The notes beneath the pieces were generated by a model. The model was not told the origin of the DNA, did not search any database, and worked only from the letters and a program-made list of their open reading frames with translations. The position numbers were made by a program, and so were the translations under genes. Positions 26,158-32,000 of a stretch of 32,000 bases of DNA are shown piece by piece; position 1 is the first letter of the stretch; each line of letters starts with the position of its first letter. The stretch comes from Erysipelotrichaceae bacterium MTC7 (lineage in GTDB: Bacteria > Bacillota_I > Bacilli_A > Erysipelotrichales > Erysipelotrichaceae): positions 60,001 through 92,000 of the forward strand of contig LVZN01000001.1 of the NCBI GenBank assembly GCA_001695645.1. The letters run 5' to 3'.

Positions 26158-27447
26158 CTACTCCCACTCAATTGTTCCCGTAGGTTTTGGTGTTAGATCA
26201 TATAGTACACGATTGACATTTGGTACTTCTTTAACAATTCGATCAGTTACTTTTAATAATACTTCCCAGTCTAGCAATTCAATTGTTGCTACCATTGCAT
26301 CAATGGTATTTACGGCACGAATGATTACTGGGTATTCAAAAGTTCGTTCATGATTGCGAACACCAACACTCTTGAAATCAGGTACGACTGTGAAGTATTG
26401 CCACACTTTTTTATCTAATCCATATTTTACGAATTCTTCTCTAAGGATTGCATCCGATTCGCGCACAGCATCCAAACGTTCTTTCGTGATTGCTCCTAGA
26501 CATCTTACACCAAGACCAGGTCCAGGGAAAGGTTGTCTAAACACCATGTGTGCAGGTAAACCCAATTCAAGTCCACAAGCACGCACTTCATCTTTAAACA
26601 ATTGATATAGTGGTTCAATTAATTTGAACTTCATATCTTCAGGTAATCCACCAACGTTGTGGTGTGATTTAACAACCTTTGCGGTTTTTGTTCCACTCTC
26701 TACGATATCTGGATAGATGGTACCTTGTGCAAGATAATCAATTCCGTCCAATTTATCTGCTTCTTCGTCGAATACAACAATAAATTCATTACCGATAATT
26801 TTGCGTTTTTCTTCCGGATCTGAAACACCATCTAATTTAGATAAAAAGCGTTCACTCGCATCCACATAGATTAGATTTGCATCCAGTTGGTTTCTAAATA
26901 CTTCAACTACATCTTCTGATTCACCTTTACGCATCAATCCATGGTTTACGTGAACACAAACCAGTTGTTTTCCAATTGCTTTAATAAGTAAAGCTGCAAC
27001 AACCGATGAATCCACTCCTCCAGATAAAGCTAGCAATACTTTCTTATCACCAACTTCATTTCGTACACGTTCCACTTGGTCCGCTACGAAGTTTTTCATA
27101 TTCCAGTTTTTCTCGGCCTTACAAATATTTAAAACAAAGTTTTCGGTTTGTGGAATTGTTGGATAACGATCCAATTTTGTTGCTTTATCGCTTTCGTGAT
27201 CGATGGCTAAAAATGGTACATCCAGTTCATAGATCTCTGGATTTACATCAATTGCTTGTCCATCTACGATGCGGTTTTCACCACCGTTTAAAATAATTCC
27301 TTTCACATTAGGTAAAGCCTGCAATTCAGCTTTTGTAATGTCATGTGGATAAATTTCACTGTAAACATTTAAGGTACGAATATCACGTGCCAATGTTGTA
27401 TTTTCTGTACTCCCTAAATCGAGTATAACGATCATATCTTGTTTCAT
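26158..27447 (-). CDS. guaA: GMP synthase with an intact ATP-pyrophosphatase and dimerisation part but a vestigial N-terminal amidotransferase domain
   Basis: 429 aa. P-loop LALSGGVDSSV, KSHHNVGGLP, RQPFPGPGLGVR and a C-terminal ...PTGTIEWE are all GuaA hallmarks. The N-terminal ~95 aa resembles only the first half of a class I GATase and has no G-x-C-x-G-x-Q nucleophile elbow. Confidence 0.85.
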   Translation of the reverse strand: MKQDMIVILDLGSTENTTLARDIRTLNVYSEIYPHDITKAELQALPNVKGIILNGGENRIVDGQAIDVNPEIYELDVPFLAIDHESDKATKLDRYPTIPQTENFVLNICKAEKNWNMKNFVADQVERVRNEVGDKKVLLALSGGVDSSVVAALLIKAIGKQLVCVHVNHGLMRKGESEDVVEVFRNQLDANLIYVDASERFLSKLDGVSDPEEKRKIIGNEFIVVFDEEADKLDGIDYLAQGTIYPDIVESGTKTAKVVKSHHNVGGLPEDMKFKLIEPLYQLFKDEVRACGLELGLPAHMVFRQPFPGPGLGVRCLGAITKERLDAVRESDAILREEFVKYGLDKKVWQYFTVVPDFKSVGVRNHERTFEYPVIIRAVNTIDAMVATIELLDWEVLLKVTDRIVKEVPNVNRVLYDLTPKPTGTIEWE

Positions 27448-27465
27448 TTGTATCCCCTTTATGTA

Positions 27466-28656
27466 TTATTCTGTGTAGTTGTCAAAGTAACCTTGGATCA
27501 AAACAACCGGTGTTCCTTTATCTCCAGAACCACTTGTTAAATCGCTTAACGAACCAATTAAATCGGTTAATTGACGTGGTGTTGTCCCTTGACTTGCCAT
27601 ATCTCCAGTTAAGTCTTCATCTTTTTCTTTAATTCTTGTTTTGATAGCTTCTTTTAATGCTTCTCCATGTAAATCCTTGAAGTCATTATCTGCGAGGTAT
27701 TTTAATTTTACTTCGTTAGGCGTTCCAACTAACCCTTTTGTATATGCAGGTGAAACTACTGGATCTGCAAGTTCCCAAATTTTTCCCTGTGGATCTTTAA
27801 AGGCTCCATCTCCGTACACCATAACTTCGATATGTTTACCAGTTCTTTCTTTTATTTGGTTTTGAATATCATCAACAAGTACTTGTGCATTACTTGGGAA
27901 TAATTTAATTGTATCTTCCGTTGCTTTGTTTGATCCAAGCAAACCATATTCTGCGTTGTATCCACTTCCATCAACCGATTCATCAAGGATGTCATCCATT
28001 CCAAAGATTCGATTTCCCCCATTTTCTAATAAAATACGTTTTGTTCTTTGTCGTGTGTGGATATCACAAGTAAGAACATCTTTTGTATAGTTAAGAATGC
28101 GTTTTGGGTTATTAGCAAAAATGATTTCGCACTCCGCGCCCTCACTTTCAATCAATTCTTGATAGTAGCTGATGTAATCTACACCTGTAAATTCATGAAC
28201 TTCATAACCAAACAGTTCACGGTATGTTTCAAGAGTAAGTACATCACTGTAAGGATTGACACCCGCTAAATCTAACTGTTCGTATGTTAACAAAGCATTT
28301 CCAACTTCATCACTTGGATACGAAAGCATCAACACAATTTTTTTAGCCCCACGTGCCATCCCTTTTAAGCATATTGAAAAACGGTTTCTTGAAAGAATTG
28401 GGAAAATAACTCCAATTGTTTCACCACCAAGTTTATGTTTTACATCTTTAGCAATTGCATCAATACTCGCATAGTTTCCTTGTGCTCGAGCAACAATTGA
28501 TTCCGTAACCGAAATAACATCGTTTTCCCGGATGGATAAGCCCAAACTCTCGACTGACGCGATGGCACTATCAACAACGATTGTCGCTAAATCATCCCCC
28601 TCGCGAATAATTGGGCAACGTACCCCCATTGAAATTGTTCCAATTTTTCTATCCAT
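27466..28656 (-). CDS. CofE-like (F420-0:gamma-glutamyl ligase fold family) protein of unknown function
   Basis: 396 aa. CPIIREGDDLATIV...NDVISVTESIVARAQG and HIEVMVYGDGAFKD...GDKGTPVVLIQG parallel my recollection of the archaeal CofE motifs (PLIKEGDDLAELI, VISKAEGR, VGVIITDTNGR, GDGIPAVVVRG), with a ~150-aa insertion between them. It ends 18 nt before guaA. Confidence 0.55.
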   Translation of the reverse strand: MDRKIGTISMGVRCPIIREGDDLATIVVDSAIASVESLGLSIRENDVISVTESIVARAQGNYASIDAIAKDVKHKLGGETIGVIFPILSRNRFSICLKGMARGAKKIVLMLSYPSDEVGNALLTYEQLDLAGVNPYSDVLTLETYRELFGYEVHEFTGVDYISYYQELIESEGAECEIIFANNPKRILNYTKDVLTCDIHTRQRTKRILLENGGNRIFGMDDILDESVDGSGYNAEYGLLGSNKATEDTIKLFPSNAQVLVDDIQNQIKERTGKHIEVMVYGDGAFKDPQGKIWELADPVVSPAYTKGLVGTPNEVKLKYLADNDFKDLHGEALKEAIKTRIKEKDEDLTGDMASQGTTPRQLTDLIGSLSDLTSGSGDKGTPVVLIQGYFDNYTE

Positions 28657-28749
28657 ATATTTTTCCTCTTTTCTGTTTCTTATTTATTATACAGCACTTT
28701 TATTATAATGGATATTTACAAAAAAGGTGAAAAAGACACGAAATATATG

Positions 28750-28784
28750 AAAAAAAAAGTATGAACCGGTAAGGGAACATACTT
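28750..28784 (-). terminator. rho-independent terminator after guaB
   Basis: Minus strand AAGTATG-loop-CATACTT followed by TTTTTTTCAT. The stem lies at 28757-28763 / 28778-28784. Confidence 0.7.
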
Positions 28785-28794
28785 TTTTGGTACA

Positions 28795-30309
28795 TTAATC
28801 GTTTTTATTTGTATAGTTTGCTTCTTTTACCACAACGTCGTGTGCACCACCTTCAACAAGTGAAGTTGCAGAGACAAGGGTAATTTTTGCTTTTTCTTGA
28901 AGTTCTGGAATGGTTAGAGCTCCACAGTTACACATCGTATGTTTGATTTTGCTCAATGTTAAGCTTACATTATCTTTCAAACTACCTGCGTAAGGAACGT
29001 ATGAGTCAACACCTTCCACAAATGATAGGCCTTCTTCTTCTCCACCTGTGTCATAACGTTGCCAGTTACGTGCTCTTGCACTTCCTTCCCCCCAGTATTC
29101 TTTCATGTATTGTCCATTAACGTTAATTTTCTTTGTTGGACTTTCATCAAATCTTGAGAAGTAACGACCTAACATAATAAAGTCAGATCCCATGGCTAAT
29201 GCTAACGTCATGTGATAGTCATGTACAATTCCACCATCACTACAAATTGGAACATAAATTCCAGTTTCTTCATAGTATTCATCACGTGCAAGTGCTACTT
29301 CTTGAAGTGCTGTTGCTTGTCCACGTCCAATTCCTTTTTGTTCACGGGTAATACAAATACTACCACCACCGATACCAACTTTGATGAAGTCAGCTCCAGC
29401 TTCTGCTAGAAAACGGAATCCGTCGCGGTCAACAACGTTACCTGCTCCACATTTTACAGTGTCACCGTAGTTTTCTTGAATCCATTTCAAGGTTAAACGT
29501 TGCCATTCTGAGAACCCTTCACTTGAGTCAATACATAATACGTCTGCCCCAGCTTCTACTAATGCAGGAACACGTTCAGCATAGTCTCTTGTGTTGATCC
29601 CAGCACCAACGATGTAACTCTTGTCGTTATCCAATAATTCATTTGGATTTTCTTTATGAGAATCGTAGTCTTTACGGAATACGAAATATTTAAGACGTTG
29701 ATTATCGTCAATGATTGGAAGGGCGTTTAATTTATTATCCCAAATAATATCGTTTGCTTCTGATAAAGAGATTCCATCTTTACCTGTGATTAGTTTTGCA
29801 AAAGGTGTCATAAATGACTCGATTTTTGCAGTTTTATCCATACGTGAAACACGGTAATCACGACTGGTAACAACACCAACCATTTTCCCTTCAGCTGTAC
29901 CATCTTCTGTAACTGCAATGGTACCATGACCTTTTTTCTTCTTTAATGCGATAACATCTGCCAACGTATCCGTTGGTTTTAAGTTTGAATCACTTGGCAC
30001 AAATCCAGCTTTTGTTGCTTTTACTTTTGCCACCATTGCTGCTTCTTCTTCAATGGTTTGTGACCCATAAATAAAAGAGATTCCACCCTCTTTTGCCAAC
30101 GCAACTGCCATCTCATCTCCAGAGACCGATTGCATAATTGCACTTACCATAGGAATGTTCATAGTAATTGCCGATGTTTCCCCTTTTTTAAATTTCACAA
30201 GAGGGGTTTTCAATGTTACATTTTCCGGAGTAGACTCAGGACTTGAGTATCCAGGAACTAATAAGTATTCACTAAACGTACGTGATGGTTCTTTAAAATA
30301 AAACGCCAT
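28795..30309 (-). CDS. guaB: IMP dehydrogenase
   Basis: Catalytic loop [25 protein letters not shown], a CBS pair in the N-terminal third, and [20 protein letters not shown] at the start. The track ORF begins at 30321, but the GGAGG overlaps that ATG, so the start is placed at 30309. Confidence 0.9.
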   Translation of the reverse strand: MAFYFKEPSRTFSEYLLVPGYSSPESTPENVTLKTPLVKFKKGETSAITMNIPMVSAIMQSVSGDEMAVALAKEGGISFIYGSQTIEEEAAMVAKVKATKAGFVPSDSNLKPTDTLADVIALKKKKGHGTIAVTEDGTAEGKMVGVVTSRDYRVSRMDKTAKIESFMTPFAKLITGKDGISLSEANDIIWDNKLNALPIIDDNQRLKYFVFRKDYDSHKENPNELLDNDKSYIVGAGINTRDYAERVPALVEAGADVLCIDSSEGFSEWQRLTLKWIQENYGDTVKCGAGNVVDRDGFRFLAEAGADFIKVGIGGGSICITREQKGIGRGQATALQEVALARDEYYEETGIYVPICSDGGIVHDYHMTLALAMGSDFIMLGRYFSRFDESPTKKINVNGQYMKEYWGEGSARARNWQRYDTGGEEEGLSFVEGVDSYVPYAGSLKDNVSLTLSKIKHTMCNCGALTIPELQEKAKITLVSATSLVEGGAHDVVVKEANYTNKND

Positions 30310-30335
30310 AATTACCTCCATTTTTCTTTGTATTA

Positions 30336-30363
30336 ATTATAAGGGTTTAAACGTTAAAGTCAA
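30336..30363 (-). promoter_or_regulatory. sigma-A type promoter of guaB
   Basis: Minus strand TTGACT (30363-30358), 16 nt spacer, TATAAT (30341-30336). The leader is short, with no room for a riboswitch. Confidence 0.55.
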
Positions 30364-30461
30364 CTGAACTGGAAAAGAGTTTTCATAAATTTTCATTCGG
30401 TGTTTTTTTAGTCATATGTTTACCATTTTTGTTGTGCATTTTATAAAGAAAAAGAGCAGAA

Positions 30462-31916
30462 TTACTTCCACTCTTCAAATGCATCGTATACTTCTTTATA
30501 CTCTTTTGCACTGTGTTCCCAACTAACATCTGTAGTTAGGGCATTGCGCACAAGTTGTTTGTAATCTTTTGGATTGTCATAGTAACAAGCCAGAGCACGA
30601 TACACCGCATCAACCATTTCCCAACCATTGAAGTTACTAAAGCTAAAACCAGTTCCTTCTTTCGTGTATTGATTGTATGGAATGACCGTATCTTTTAAAC
30701 CACCAGTTTCGCGAACGATTGGTAAGGTTCCATAATGCATCGAAATCAGTTGTGAAATTCCACATGGTTCAAATTTTGAAGGCATGAGAAATCCATCACA
30801 GGCTGCATAGATTTGGTGTGCAAGATCTTCGTTGTATCCACCATAGAAAACAAACTTTCCTTTGTTTCCTGCTTCAACGGCACGGAAGTCATTTTCCAAG
30901 TCCATATCACCACTACCAAGCACAACAATTTGCATGTTAGCCCCAATCAGTGCACTCATCTCTTGTTGGACAAGATTTAAACCTTTTTGCGAGGTCAAAC
31001 GAGTCACCATTCCTAATAAATACACATCTGGATCTTCAACTAAACCAAGTGTTTTTTGTAAAGCGACTTTGTTTAGTTTTTTATTTTTGAAGACATTTAC
31101 TTTATTGAAATTGTATGGCAGTAATGGATCGGTTTTAGGATTCCAAACATCCACATCGATTCCATTGACAATTCCACGTAAGTTTTGGGCACGCATTTGC
31201 AACACGTGTTCCAAATGTTCTCCATATTCACTTGTTAGAATTTCTTGTGCATAGGTTGGTGATACCGTTGTCACTTTATCCGCATACACAATTCCACTTT
31301 TCATAAAGGAAATTCCTGTATCAAAGCGTACATTTCCATTGTCGTATAAATGCATACTTAGACCCAAGCAACCATCTAGCATATCTTTGGCAAAGTTACC
31401 TTGGTAAGCTAGGTTGTGAATCGTGTAAACATGACGAATGTTTAAATAACGTGGATCATGCAAAAAGTTTTCTTTACACATAACAGGAATCATTCCTGTA
31501 TGCCAGTCATGAGAGTGCATCACATCTGGAAAGTAATCCAGTTGGTTACACATTTCAAGAACCGCTTTTTGAAAATATGCAAAACGTTCACCATCATCTT
31601 GGTAACCGTATAAAGCACCTTCTCTTTCAAAGTAGCCTTGGTGTTCCACAAAGTAATAACGGACACCTTCATATACGCTTGTTAATAAACGCACTGGTAT
31701 CTCAACATAGTTGATATTGACAGAGTATTCAGCCACAAATTCTAATTCTTCATGGTTGTTCGTCGCAATTTTCTTATACAAAGGAATGACAACACGAACA
31801 TCCATTCCTAGTTTTTGTAATTCTTTTGGCAATGAACCAACCACATCGGCAAGTCCACCACTTTTGATATATGGCAATGCTTCTGCAGCCACAAAAAGTA
31901 CTTGTTGTTCTCTCAT
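30462..31916 (-). CDS. glgA: glycogen synthase (ADP-glucose type, GT5)
   Basis: VLFVAAEALPYIKSGGLADVVGSLPKEL N-terminal KxGGL motif and length of ~485 aa. The track ORF starts at a GTG (31925). I prefer the ATG at 31916 with AGGTG 6 nt upstream. Confidence 0.9.
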   Translation of the reverse strand: MREQQVLFVAAEALPYIKSGGLADVVGSLPKELQKLGMDVRVVIPLYKKIATNNHEELEFVAEYSVNINYVEIPVRLLTSVYEGVRYYFVEHQGYFEREGALYGYQDDGERFAYFQKAVLEMCNQLDYFPDVMHSHDWHTGMIPVMCKENFLHDPRYLNIRHVYTIHNLAYQGNFAKDMLDGCLGLSMHLYDNGNVRFDTGISFMKSGIVYADKVTTVSPTYAQEILTSEYGEHLEHVLQMRAQNLRGIVNGIDVDVWNPKTDPLLPYNFNKVNVFKNKKLNKVALQKTLGLVEDPDVYLLGMVTRLTSQKGLNLVQQEMSALIGANMQIVVLGSGDMDLENDFRAVEAGNKGKFVFYGGYNEDLAHQIYAACDGFLMPSKFEPCGISQLISMHYGTLPIVRETGGLKDTVIPYNQYTKEGTGFSFSNFNGWEMVDAVYRALACYYDNPKDYKQLVRNALTTDVSWEHSAKEYKEVYDAFEEWK

Positions 31917-31925
31917 TTGTAACAC

Positions 31926-32000
31926 CTAAATCCGATCACTTCGTTTGATGTAGACCGGTTGTTCGATTGTACCTTCAACCGACTTCACTTTACTAATGAC
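31926..32000 (-). CDS. 3' end of the upstream gene, probably a glucose-1-phosphate adenylyltransferase subunit (GlgD/GlgC)
   Basis: Reverse translation gives VISKVKSVEGTIEQPVYIKRSDRI*. The assignment rests mainly on its position just upstream of glgA. Confidence 0.35.
   Translation of the reverse strand, partial: VISKVKSVEGTIEQPVYIKRSDRI

Noticed and set aside
28657-28750. Possible purine/guanine riboswitch or other leader RNA upstream of the CofE-like/guaA unit, and likewise upstream of guaB (30310-30461).
   Set aside because: The leaders between the predicted -10 boxes and the start codons are only about 20-35 nt. I saw no three-way-junction-type conserved segments.

Overview
AT-rich Bacillota-type chromosomal segment. 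Every intact non-IS gene is on the minus strand. No rRNA, tRNA or CRISPR array was seen.

Layout, left to right:
- 1-1169: 5' part of a GH36 alpha-galactosidase gene.
- 1386-2211: truncated, frameshifted IS256-family copy.
- 2.6-24.1 kb: ~22 kb glycoside-utilisation block with five paralogous GH1 6-phospho-beta-glycosidase genes, made up of:
  - a BglG/LicT-antiterminated glucose-family PTS operon (EIIA, antiterminator, EIIBC, GH1, AlsE-like epimerase, RpiB-like isomerase; 2661-8339);
  - a cellobiose/lactose-family PTS operon (EIIA, EIIB, EIIC, GH1, GH1; 8372-13364);
  - a VOC / Gfo-Idh-MocA / UPF0303 operon (13634-15634);
  - a LevR/ManR-type PRD regulator (16042-18648);
  - an intact IS256-family element with 26-bp inverted repeats and an 8-bp target duplication (18748-20102);
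  - a transporter-less GH1-GH1-ROK kinase operon (20170-24107).
- 24.4-26.0 kb: nested IS3/IS21 debris and orphan ORFs.
- 26.1-32.0 kb: housekeeping genes guaA, a CofE-like gene, guaB, glgA and the end of a glgD/glgC-like gene.

Most interesting observations:
1. The LevR/ManR-type regulator has lost the Walker A lysine, the GAFTGA loop and the Walker B acidic pair. I found no -24/-12 promoter anywhere in the window.
2. A conserved operator architecture (TYATACACT-N7-AGWGT, plus an inverted AGTGTAT half-site 49-60 bp further upstream) sits 33-37 bp upstream of sigma-A type -35 boxes of three operons around that regulator.
3. The bgl-type PTS/GH1 operon ends in an allose-6-P-type isomerase/epimerase pair. 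This suggests a non-glucose glycone.
4. guaA encodes a GMP synthase with a vestigial amidotransferase domain that has no catalytic Cys. It is co-transcribed with a CofE-like gene.

All calls rest on by-eye translation, motif recognition and recalled family knowledge. No database search was possible.
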